From Acidimicrobiia bacterium (GTDB taxonomy: Bacteria > Actinomycetota > Acidimicrobiia > Spongiisociales > UBA11373), in NCBI GenBank assembly GCA_016215655.1, contig JACRIT010000016.1:28626-92625 (forward strand): DNA of 64,000 nt, in the 5' to 3' direction. The notes below the pieces were generated by a model that saw only the letters and a program-made list of their open reading frames with translations, was not told where the DNA came from and did not search any database. Made by a program: the position numbers and the translations under genes. Every line of letters starts with the position of its first letter. Positions within the stretch are counted from its first letter, which is position 1. Shown in pieces: positions 45,099 through 53,025 of the stretch.

Positions 45099-47489
45099 AT
45101 GTCCGTACACTCGTCACGCGGAGCCGTAGGCGCCGCCGAGTTCGTCTTCACCACCGGCAAGCTGGCCCTTCAGGCCGACGGCGCCGTGGTCGTCAGGGTC
45201 GGCGACACCGAAGTGCTCGCCACCGCCGTAGCCACCCGAGGCCTTCGTCCCGGCGCCGACTTCTTCCCCCTCACGGTGGACGTCGAGGAGCGCATGTACG
45301 CGGTCGGCAAGATCCCCGGGTCCTTCTTCCGCCGCGAGGGACGCGCCACCGAGCGCGCCACCCTATCCGCACGTCTCATCGATCGACCGCTGCGCCCCTC
45401 GTTCCGTGAGGGCTATCTGTGCGAGACCCACGTCGTGGCGCTCGTCACCTCGGCCGACGAGGTGCAGCCGTACGACGTGCTCGCCCTCAATGCGGCGTCG
45501 GCGGCATTGATGGTGAGCCCGATCCCGTTCGAGGGTCCGATCGGCGGTGTCCGGATGGGGTACTCGCACGGCGAGTGGATCCCCATGCCGTCGTACGAGC
45601 AGCTCGCCGATTCCGTGTTCGAGCTGGTAGTCGCCGGCAGGCGCAACGATCAGGGCGGCATCGACATCGCCATGGTCGAGGCCGGTGCCACCGAGCACGC
45701 CATGCGGCTCATCGAGGCGGGCCAGGCTCCCACCGACGAGGCGGCGGTGGCCCGCGGTCTCGAGGAGGCCAAGGCACACATCGGGACCCTCATCGACGCC
45801 CAGCTCGCACTGCGCAAGCAGGTCGGCGACATCCCGGTGGTCGAGTTCCCGGTGGTCGTGCCCTACAGCCCCGAGCTGTATACCCGGATCGAGGCCGTCG
45901 CCGCCCCCAAGCTGGCCGGCGTGGTCAAGATCGCCGGCAAGCTGGAGCGCCAGACCGCCGAGGAGGAGGCCAAGGCCGCCACGCTCGGCGAGCTCGGCCT
46001 CACCGAGGAGAGCGAGGACTTCGCCGCCGCCGCCAAGGCCTTCCGCTCGGTGTCGAAGAAGGTCATGCGGCAGCGGGTGATCGAGGACGGGATTCGTCTC
46101 GACGGGCGCGGGGTCAAGGACGTCCGTCCGATCACCGTCGAGGTCGGGGTCCTGCCCCGGGCACACGGCTCGGCGCTCTTCCAGCGCGGCGAGACCCAGG
46201 TGCTCAATGCCACCACGATCGGCATGCTGCGGATGGAGCAGATGCTCGACACGATCGGCATCGAAGAGTCGAAGCGGTACATGCACCACTACAACTTCCC
46301 GCCGTTCTCCACCGGCGAGGTCGGGTTCATGCGGGGGCCGAAGCGCCGCGAGATCGGACACGGAGCACTCGCCGAGAAGGCGTTGTTCCCGGTGATCCCG
46401 ACGGCCGAGGACTTCCCGTACGCCTTCCGTCTCGTCTCCGAGGTGCTCTCGTCCAACGGATCGTCGTCGATGGCATCGGTGTGCGGATCGAGCCTGTCGC
46501 TCATGGACTGCGGCGTGCCGATCAAGGCGCCCGTGGCGGGCGTCGCCATGGGGCTCATCGCCCATGACGGGGAGTTCGTCACCCTGACCGACATCCTCGG
46601 GGCCGAGGACGCTCTGGGCGACATGGACTTCAAGGTTGCCGGCACCGCGGACGTGATCACGGCCCTGCAGCTGGACACCAAGATCGAGGGTCTGCCCGCA
46701 CACGTGCTGGCGGCCGCACTCGATCAGGCCCGGGTGGCCCGGCTCCACATCCTCGGCGAGATGGCCAAGGTCATCGCCGCGCCGCGGACCGAGCTCAACC
46801 CGATCGCCCCTCGCATCGAGGCGGTGATGGTGCCCAAGGACAAGCTGGGCGAGATCATCGGCCCCAAGGGCAAGGTCATTCGCGAGATCGAAATGCAGAC
46901 CGGTGCCACCCTCGAGATCGAGGACGACGGCACCGTGCGCATCGGCGCCGCCGATGGCGAGGCGCTGCGCAAGGCCAAGGACTGGGTGTTGGGGATCGCC
47001 TTCCCGCCCGAGGCCGAGGTCGGCAAGGAGTACGAGGGCGAGGTGGTGAACATCACCAAGTTCGGCGCCTTCGTCAACATCCTCCCCGGCCGTGACGGCC
47101 TGCTGCACATCTCGAAGATGGGCGGCGGCAAGCGGATCGAGAACGTCGAGGACGTCTACAACCTGGGGGACAAGATCCAGGTGGTGGTGCGTGAGATCGA
47201 CGACCGGGGCAAGGTCAGCCTCGACATCGCCGGGGCCGAGCCGACGCCCGAGGGCGACTCCGAGCCCCGTCCACCGCGTGAGCCACGGGAACCCCGCGGT
47301 GAGCGGTCGGGTGGCGATCGTGGGGGAGAGCGCGGCGGTGGCCGTGATCGCGGTCCGCGTCGCTCCGGCGGCGACCGGGATCGCGGGGCGAGTCGTTCGT
47401 CGGAGCGGTCGAGTGCCGCTCCGGCGCCCGCTGCCAAGCCGGGCCGCAAGATCGTCTCGTTCGAGGACGATTTCGAGTCCGGGGTGTAG
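45099..47489 (+). CDS. pnp: polyribonucleotide nucleotidyltransferase (PNPase) with Arg/Gly-rich C-terminal tail
   Basis: Two RNase PH domains (FFPLTVDVEERMYAVGKIPGSFFRREGR, HGSALFQRGETQ), KH (IGPKGKVIREI) and S1 (GEVVNITKFGAFVNILPGRDGLLHIS). Start is ATG 45099. Confidence 0.95.
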   Translation: MSVHSSRGAVGAAEFVFTTGKLALQADGAVVVRVGDTEVLATAVATRGLRPGADFFPLTVDVEERMYAVGKIPGSFFRREGRATERATLSARLIDRPLRPSFREGYLCETHVVALVTSADEVQPYDVLALNAASAALMVSPIPFEGPIGGVRMGYSHGEWIPMPSYEQLADSVFELVVAGRRNDQGGIDIAMVEAGATEHAMRLIEAGQAPTDEAAVARGLEEAKAHIGTLIDAQLALRKQVGDIPVVEFPVVVPYSPELYTRIEAVAAPKLAGVVKIAGKLERQTAEEEAKAATLGELGLTEESEDFAAAAKAFRSVSKKVMRQRVIEDGIRLDGRGVKDVRPITVEVGVLPRAHGSALFQRGETQVLNATTIGMLRMEQMLDTIGIEESKRYMHHYNFPPFSTGEVGFMRGPKRREIGHGALAEKALFPVIPTAEDFPYAFRLVSEVLSSNGSSSMASVCGSSLSLMDCGVPIKAPVAGVAMGLIAHDGEFVTLTDILGAEDALGDMDFKVAGTADVITALQLDTKIEGLPAHVLAAALDQARVARLHILGEMAKVIAAPRTELNPIAPRIEAVMVPKDKLGEIIGPKGKVIREIEMQTGATLEIEDDGTVRIGAADGEALRKAKDWVLGIAFPPEAEVGKEYEGEVVNITKFGAFVNILPGRDGLLHISKMGGGKRIENVEDVYNLGDKIQVVVREIDDRGKVSLDIAGAEPTPEGDSEPRPPREPREPRGERSGGDRGGERGGGRDRGPRRSGGDRDRGASRSSERSSAAPAPAAKPGRKIVSFEDDFESGV

Positions 47490-47512
47490 GTCCAACCGAT
47501 TCGCGTGGCGCT

Positions 47513-47534
47513 GGGGCCCCCGCAAGGGGGCCTC
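47513..47534 (+). terminator. GC-rich hairpin with GCAA tetraloop downstream of pnp
   Basis: ggGGCCCCC gcaa GGGGGCCtc lies 24 nt after the pnp stop. It has no T-tract (actinobacterial I-shaped type). Confidence 0.5.
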
Positions 47535-47650
47535 GGCGCGTCCGGGGTGGGGCTATCCAGTCCAACGCAGCCTCGTCTTGCCGGGCGAGTGGTTGGGAAG
47601 CCGTCGGCGATGGTCTCCAGTGATGCCACGGCAAGCGATAGGGTGAGTAG

Positions 47651-48268
47651 GTGCGAATCGCAGGTGAGTACAACCTTCTTGCAGTCGGAGACGCGGGTGT
47701 ACGTCTTCGAGAGAGTGGAGCGCTCGTCGAGATCAGACAAGCGATCACGGAGGTGGTCTGGCCAGTCGGTTCAGACATCTTCACGATCTTCCCTGAGTCG
47801 GGGAAGAAGGGAGGAGAGGGCAACGGCGTCGTGCCGATCAGGCAGTCGTTTGTGGAGCGCGCACGCAGTCGGGGTTGGACGGTGGAGCAGCCCTTTCCGT
47901 GGACCACTGAGGCCGGTGAGTCTGACCTCGGTCCTTTGGATGTCTCGAAGCGGTTCGGTCCCGACCTTGTCGGTGTCGAGTGGGAGACCGGGAATGTGAG
48001 TTCGAGCCACCGCACACTCAACAAGCTCTCGCTCGGTCTCGAGGAGGGAGTCTTGGCGGTGGGTGTCCTCATTGTGCCAACCCGTACCTTGGCTCGGTTT
48101 CTCACAGATCGGATCGGAAACCTCGAGGAGCTCAAGCCCTACTTCAGGCACTTTCGCCGAATTCGTTGTGACAGCGGGGTGCTGACCGTTATCGCGGTTG
48201 AACAGGATGCGGAGTCGACTGCGGTGCCGCGGATCAGAAAAGGGACTGATGGTCGGGCGATGCGGTAG
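47651..48268 (+). CDS. type II restriction endonuclease, BamHI-like
   Basis: Collinear with R.BamHI as I remember it. EVVWPVGSDIFTI..GNGVVPIR matches SPIWPATSKTFTI..NGVVPIK. GPLDVSKRF...GVEWETGNVSSSHRTLNKLSLGL matches GPIDVYKEF...GMEFETGNISSAHRSMNKLLLGL. RFLTDRIGNLEELKPYF matches YYLTDRVTNFEELEPYF, and RKGTDG matches PKGSDG. Confidence 0.8.
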   Translation: MRIAGEYNLLAVGDAGVRLRESGALVEIRQAITEVVWPVGSDIFTIFPESGKKGGEGNGVVPIRQSFVERARSRGWTVEQPFPWTTEAGESDLGPLDVSKRFGPDLVGVEWETGNVSSSHRTLNKLSLGLEEGVLAVGVLIVPTRTLARFLTDRIGNLEELKPYFRHFRRIRCDSGVLTVIAVEQDAESTAVPRIRKGTDGRAMR

Positions 48269-49109
48269 GCCTGGCTCGGTTCGATCCTTTCCCGGCGTCT
48301 CCACGTCCTGGGGCCGCGACATGGTGGGTGCGTCCGGAGAGTCGGGCGACAATCGGTTCGGTATCACCGAGTTCGATGCCGATCCAGTGTCGATGCATCC
48401 GTTCGGCAGCGGCGTAGGTCGTACCTGATCCACCGAAGGGATCGAACACCAAGTCGCCCTCAGCCGATGCGATCGTCAGGACGCGCTCCAGCAACCGCTC
48501 GGAGAGTTCGTTGGCGCCTCTCCGTTTTAGGCCCCTGTGGCGAACCGGGGGAATGTCGACCCACACGTCCGTCAGGTTCAGGCCGTCGGGGTTCAGCTTG
48601 TTGCGGTGTCCTCCGTAGTCCTTGATGTCGCCTCCGCAGTGGCGGCAAGTCGGAATGGGTACCCGTGGGCGCTCGAATCGCTTCGGCTTTCCGTTGGAGT
48701 AGTACAGAAGGGAGTAGTGCGAGGGATAGAGCCGACCGGGTATCGGTAAGGACATCTTGATGTCGATCGCAATCCAATGGCGGAAGGTCATGCCGAGTTC
48801 GGTTAGGTAGTGACCGAGCTCAACGTTCCAGCGCGGGAGGTTGTATACGAAGATCGACCCGCCGTCGGCGATGACCCGCACGCATTCGGCAAGCCACTTG
48901 TGGCACCAAGCGAGATAGTCGTCGTCTGCGAGGGCGTCGTTGATGCCTTCGCCGTAGTCCTTCTTGAGGTTGAACGGTGGGTCGGCGAAGACGAGATCCA
49001 CAGAAGCGGTCTCCATGGCCGCGAGCAAGTCGAGGCAATCACCTCGGTAGAGCTTGCCCAAGGGCGTTTCGAGAACGAGCTGCAGGCCTGGGGCGGTCCC
49101 GTCTGACAT
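48234..49109 (-). CDS. beta-class N6/N4 DNA methyltransferase (N6_N4_Mtase family)
   Basis: Motif IV VDLVFADPPF lies N-terminal and motif I VFDPFGGSGTT lies C-terminal, which is the beta permutation. It has a CRHCGGD Zn-ribbon-like insert. It is convergent with the REase, overlapping by 35 nt. Confidence 0.85.
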   Translation of the reverse strand: MSDGTAPGLQLVLETPLGKLYRGDCLDLLAAMETASVDLVFADPPFNLKKDYGEGINDALADDDYLAWCHKWLAECVRVIADGGSIFVYNLPRWNVELGHYLTELGMTFRHWIAIDIKMSLPIPGRLYPSHYSLLYYSNGKPKRFERPRVPIPTCRHCGGDIKDYGGHRNKLNPDGLNLTDVWVDIPPVRHRGLKRRGANELSERLLERVLTIASAEGDLVFDPFGGSGTTYAAAERMHRHWIGIELGDTEPIVARLSGRTHHVAAPGRGDAGKGSNRARPTASPDHQSLF

Positions 49110-49159
49110 AGTTGTAGTTTGGCACCTTGGCGTGACACGCGCTGACCTGGTTGAGTCGG

Positions 49160-50125
49160 TTAGGAGCGTCTCGGCGCGGGGAGGGCAGCGAGCTCGGACT
49201 TCGGTATCCCCAGCACAACCCCCGGCCTCCCCACCTGTCGGAAATCACTGACTACCCCTACGATCTCCTCAACAAGGGCCTGAAGATGCTGCTCCTGTCT
49301 TTCCCATCGCCTCTCTGATGCTTTCTTGTCTGTCGTCAGGTCCTTCTGCATCTCTGTGGCTGCCTGCACCATTCCTCGCATTCGGTCCCCGAAGTCCGAT
49401 CCTCGGACGTACTCATAGACAGCGGTGGCTGTACCAGCCTGCGCACGTGCAGGTCGGTTGGAGTGAAGTTGGATCTGGTTGGCTCGCAGCGCCGCGCTCA
49501 ACGCCGGCGCGAGTTCGAGTGTTGTTCTCCACAATTCATCAATCTGGGCGATAGGTGCCAGGTCAGCTCGGCCAACATCAGAGACTATGACGCCTGCGTT
49601 GTGTCTTCCCGACTTACAGTCCTTGCGCAGTTTTGTCACCCAGGCCGAGCTCCACTTAGCGGCTCGCTTCACCTCCCAGAGAATGGTGCCGACCTTCGCT
49701 CCGCTGGGGTTGAATACCGATTGGGTGACGTCTCCTCCGGCTCTTCCGCGGCCGGTTATCAAGATCTCGTCCTGTGGGAACTTCGATGCGAGCGCTTGAG
49801 CGAGAGCTTCCTCGTGGAGGGCACCGAGCTGTTGCGCGCGTTCTGTCGGGACTCGTCGACTCAGCTTGGTGATCTCACCCTTTAGGGTTCGAACCTGCCG
49901 CCTGAGGTCTTCGGCTTCCTGCTCCTGGTCCCGCCGATCGGCCTCTAGGCGTTTTCGAGCTTCGGTTGCTGCCTGTTCGCGCAAGCCCGGGAGGATCTCC
50001 TTCTTGAGTTGGGGGAGCGTCTCGCGCCGCCAGCCATCGGCAAGCTGCCGGAGGTACGTCTCGTCGAGCTTGATACTGCCTCCGCAGTGTGGACAGGTAA
50101 TCCGGTTGCTGGCAGCCTTGGTCAC
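49160..50125 (-). CDS. DUF2130-family protein (Zn ribbon - coiled coil - PD-(D/E)xK-like domain)
   Basis: N-terminal CPHCGG, then a long charged coiled coil (EQEAEDLRRQVRTLKGEITKL). Next comes GGDVTQSV...GTILWEVKRAAKWSSAWVTKLRKD (D...E-x-K). It lies 50 nt upstream of, and co-oriented with, the MTase. Confidence 0.7.
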   Translation of the reverse strand: MTKAASNRITCPHCGGSIKLDETYLRQLADGWRRETLPQLKKEILPGLREQAATEARKRLEADRRDQEQEAEDLRRQVRTLKGEITKLSRRVPTERAQQLGALHEEALAQALASKFPQDEILITGRGRAGGDVTQSVFNPSGAKVGTILWEVKRAAKWSSAWVTKLRKDCKSGRHNAGVIVSDVGRADLAPIAQIDELWRTTLELAPALSAALRANQIQLHSNRPARAQAGTATAVYEYVRGSDFGDRMRGMVQAATEMQKDLTTDKKASERRWERQEQHLQALVEEIVGVVSDFRQVGRPGVVLGIPKSELAALPAPRRS

Positions 50126-50217
50126 TCCCGGCTCGCGCGTCGTTCCGATTCGTGCTCAGAAGAGCCGTGTGTGTCAGGAGGGCTTCTCTACGGCCCTTGG
50201 CCGGTCCCCTCAAGCGA

Positions 50218-50233
50218 TCGAACACATGTTCGA
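50218..50233. promoter_or_regulatory. LexA (SOS) box
   Basis: TCGAACacatGTTCGA is a perfect match to the Gram-positive/actinobacterial TCGAAC-N4-GTTCGA consensus. It lies 11 nt upstream of the imuA' GTG and 93 nt upstream of the divergent DUF2130 start. A TAACAT -10-like hexamer follows at 50235-50240. Confidence 0.85.
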
Positions 50234-50243
50234 TTAACATGAC

Positions 50244-50897
50244 GTGCCCTTGAACCGGGCATCCCTCCTCGGCAGCGCCGCGAGCGCTCTTACGCCCGAC
50301 CCTGTCGCGCCCCTGCTCATCGCCGCCCAACCGGGCCGGGTGCTGGGTCTCATCGGCGGTCCCGGGACCGGCCTCACCAGCCTCGGTCTTGCCCTGCTCG
50401 CCGGGCATCCCGGCATGGTGGCGGCGGTGGACGTCCGCGGCTGGCTGTGCCCGGTTGCTGCCTGGGAGGCGGGGATCGCCCCGGATCGTCTCGTGGTGGT
50501 GCGCTGCCCCGATCGCGGCGACTGGCCCAAGGTGACCGCCTCGCTCATCGAGGGGTTCCCGGTGGTGTATGCCGAGGTTCCCGCACATCCCGCCGACGCC
50601 GACCTGCGCCGCCTCGGGGCGCTGGCGCGGGCCCGCAACACCGCACTCATCCTGCGCCCCGTGTCGGGTGACCTTCCCTCCGGAGTGCTCCACCTGCGCC
50701 TCGAAGCCGAGTCGGTGCAGTGGGACGGGGTGGAGCGAGGCCATGGCGCCCTGGTGCGGCGCCGACTCACCCTGCGCGCCAGCGGCAAGGGCGTCCGCGG
50801 CATCGAACAGGTCGTGGAAGTGGAGGACGATGGCTCGCACGCTCTGCGTGTGGTTCCCCGATTGGCCGCTGCGCCGCCCGGATTCGCCGCCGGATAG
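50244..50897 (+). CDS. imuA': ImuA'-like (RecA/SulA-fold) SOS mutagenesis accessory protein
   Basis: Degenerate P-loop GLIGGPGTGLTSLGLALLA. It sits directly upstream of and overlapping imuB, and a LexA box lies upstream. Confidence 0.7.
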   Translation: MPLNRASLLGSAASALTPDPVAPLLIAAQPGRVLGLIGGPGTGLTSLGLALLAGHPGMVAAVDVRGWLCPVAAWEAGIAPDRLVVVRCPDRGDWPKVTASLIEGFPVVYAEVPAHPADADLRRLGALARARNTALILRPVSGDLPSGVLHLRLEAESVQWDGVERGHGALVRRRLTLRASGKGVRGIEQVVEVEDDGSHALRVVPRLAAAPPGFAAG

Positions 50898-52290
50898 GCC
50901 CTGTCAGGTCGTCGATGCATCGGGGACGGTGGTGGCCGTCACCCCCGATGCCTTTGCCATGGGCGCCCGGGTGGGGATGCGCCGCGGCGAGGCCGAGGCC
51001 CTGGCCCCCACCGCGGTCACCCTCGTCTCCGATCCCGGGGGCGAGGCGGTCGCCTTCGAACCGGTGGCGGCGGCCATCGAGTCGGTGGTGCCCGCCATGG
51101 AGATGGTCGCACCCGGGCTGGTCCATCTCCCCGTCGCCGGGGCGATGCGGTACTACCGGTCCGAGGAGGCGGTGATGTCGGCGGTGGTGGCCGCGGTGGA
51201 CCGGGTCGCACCGGGCGGGCGGTTCGGGCTCGCCGACGGTCCCTTTGCCGCCAGGATGGCGGCCGAGCGCGCCGCCACCGGAGCGCTGATCGTCACCGAC
51301 ACCGCCGGGTTTCTCGCCGATCTCGACGTCGCCACCCTCGGGGTCGAAGACCTGGTTGCCACCTTCCGCTGGCTGGGGATCGGCACCCTCGGCGGTCTTG
51401 CCGCGCTGCCGCGACCGGCGGTGGCTTCGCGTTTCGGTCCCGCCGGGCTGGAGGCGCACCGCATCGCCAGCGGCGAGGACCGCATGGTGCATCCCCGTCC
51501 CATCCCGGAGACGGTGCTCGTCGAGGAGGTCTTCGAACCGCCACTCGATGACTTCGAACGAGCCGCCTTTGCCGCCCGGGCCCTCGCCCGGAAGTTGCTG
51601 GAGGCGGTGGCCCCTTCGGGAGCGATGCCACACCGGGTCGAGGTGGAGGTCGAGGCCGCAACGGGGATGATGCGTGTCCGCACCTGGCGCAGCGCCCATC
51701 CCTTTGCCGAGGTCGAACTCGCCGAACGGGTGCGTTGGCAGTTGCGAGCCTGGATCGAGTCGGGCGGGGTGCCCGGGGGTGTGGTCCGGCTGCGCCTGAT
51801 CCCCGCCGATCTCTCCGATCGGGGCCGGCAGCTGCGTCTCGACGAGGACGCCGCCTCCGATCTCGACGCCCACCGCGCCCTGGGACGGGCGCAGGGATTG
51901 GTCGGCCCCGATGCGGTGCTCCAGGCGGTTCCGCAGGGGGGACGGGATCCGGGGGAGCGCGTGCAGTGGCACCGCTGGGGTGAGCCTCCCGAGGGCATCG
52001 CCCGCGATCCGGCAGCACCGTGGCCCGGTCGGCTGCCGTCGCCATCGCCGACGTTGGTGCCACCCCAGCCGCGGCCATTCGAAGTGGAGTGGGATGCCGG
52101 GTTCCCGGTGCGGGTGCGCCTGGGCAGCCGTTGGGAGCCGGTGTTGGGGTGGGCCGGCCCCTGGCGCCGGACCGGACGATGGTGGGAGGGGGAGTCGGCT
52201 GCCGACCGTTACCAGGTGGTCACCTCGGCAGGAGCGTTCCTCTGCGAGGTGCGGGAGGGAAGGTCATGGCTGGTGGGGGTGTACGACTGA
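50830..52290 (+). CDS. imuB: ImuB (catalytically dead Y-family polymerase-like protein)
   Basis: Starts MARTLCVWFPDWPLRR (typical ImuB N-terminus). It has a Y-family fold without the acidic catalytic triad context, and C-terminal WRRTGRWWEG...YQVVT...FLC. Confidence 0.8.
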   Translation: MARTLCVWFPDWPLRRPDSPPDRPCQVVDASGTVVAVTPDAFAMGARVGMRRGEAEALAPTAVTLVSDPGGEAVAFEPVAAAIESVVPAMEMVAPGLVHLPVAGAMRYYRSEEAVMSAVVAAVDRVAPGGRFGLADGPFAARMAAERAATGALIVTDTAGFLADLDVATLGVEDLVATFRWLGIGTLGGLAALPRPAVASRFGPAGLEAHRIASGEDRMVHPRPIPETVLVEEVFEPPLDDFERAAFAARALARKLLEAVAPSGAMPHRVEVEVEAATGMMRVRTWRSAHPFAEVELAERVRWQLRAWIESGGVPGGVVRLRLIPADLSDRGRQLRLDEDAASDLDAHRALGRAQGLVGPDAVLQAVPQGGRDPGERVQWHRWGEPPEGIARDPAAPWPGRLPSPSPTLVPPQPRPFEVEWDAGFPVRVRLGSRWEPVLGWAGPWRRTGRWWEGESAADRYQVVTSAGAFLCEVREGRSWLVGVYD

Positions 52291-52409
52291 AGAAGTCTCC
52301 AGTCTCCAGTCTCCAGTCTGGAAGTCATCAGTCATCAGTCATCAGCCAGAACGCGTCGGGCTCTGGCATCTGGCATCTGGTACCTGGCACCGGGGCGTAC
52401 CCTTTCCTC
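52291..52409. repeat. heptad-repeat element E5 (17 phased heptads, exactly stop-to-start)
   Basis: agaagtc tccagtc x3 tggaagt catcagt x2 catcagc cagaacg cgtcggg ctctggc atctggc atctggt acctggc accgggg cgtaccc tttcctc, then ATG 52410. The core gccagaacgcgtcgggc lies at 52345-52361. Confidence 0.9.
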
Positions 52410-53009
52410 ATGGACCGTCACGCCTGGAACGAGCGGTATCGGGAGCGGGGATTCCACGGGCACACCGGTGCCAACCGGTTCTTCGTGGAGATCGCCTCCG
52501 CGCTGGCACCGGGAGCCGCCTATGACCTGGCGGGCGGTGAGGGCCACAACGCCGTCTGGCTCGCCGAACACGGCTGGCGGGTGACCGTGGTCGATTGGTC
52601 GGAGGTCGCTCTGGAGACGGGGCGACTGCTTGCCGCCGAGCGTGTCGTCGAGGTCGACTTCGAGGAGGCCGACCTGCTCGAGTGGCGACCCGTGGAGCTG
52701 CGCGACCTGGTGGCGATGGTGTACCTGCAGATTCCCCCCCGGGAGCGGCAGGCCGCCTGGTGCACTGCCGTCGACGCTCTCGCACCCGGTGGCACGCTGG
52801 CGATCATCGGCCATGACTCCTCCAACCTCACCGAGGGATGCGGCGGCCCGCAGAGTCCCGACGTCCTCTACACCGCCGACGAGGTGGTCGAAGTGATCGG
52901 CGACCGGGTCGAGATCCTCCGCGCCGGACTCGTGTCCCGCCCCGTGGTCCTCGACGACGGCACCACGGCGATCGCCATGGACAATGTGGTGGTGGGGAGG
53001 CTCAGGTAG
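52410..53009 (+). CDS. class I SAM-dependent methyltransferase
   Basis: Motif I AYDLAGGEGHNAVWLAEHGWRVTVVDWS, followed by PGGTLAIIGH. The substrate is unknown. Confidence 0.8.
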   Translation: MDRHAWNERYRERGFHGHTGANRFFVEIASALAPGAAYDLAGGEGHNAVWLAEHGWRVTVVDWSEVALETGRLLAAERVVEVDFEEADLLEWRPVELRDLVAMVYLQIPPRERQAAWCTAVDALAPGGTLAIIGHDSSNLTEGCGGPQSPDVLYTADEVVEVIGDRVEILRAGLVSRPVVLDDGTTAIAMDNVVVGRLR

Positions 53010-53025
53010 ACCTGAGGGCCAGGCG

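Larger units (their letters stand above)
47535..50217. other. lower-GC accessory islet (R-M system + DUF2130) between pnp terminator and imuA' SOS box
   Basis: Codon third positions are visibly less GC-biased than in the flanks. The gene content is defence-type. No integrase, tRNA or flanking direct repeats were seen. Confidence 0.6.

Noticed and set aside
47156-47740. Minus-strand ORF starting MSDLDERSTLSKTYTRV... overlapping the REase 5' end; considered as a possible C/controller or remnant gene
   Set aside because: It has no HTH or other motif. It runs straight into the antisense of pnp, and the plus-strand frame aligns with BamHI from its first residues.
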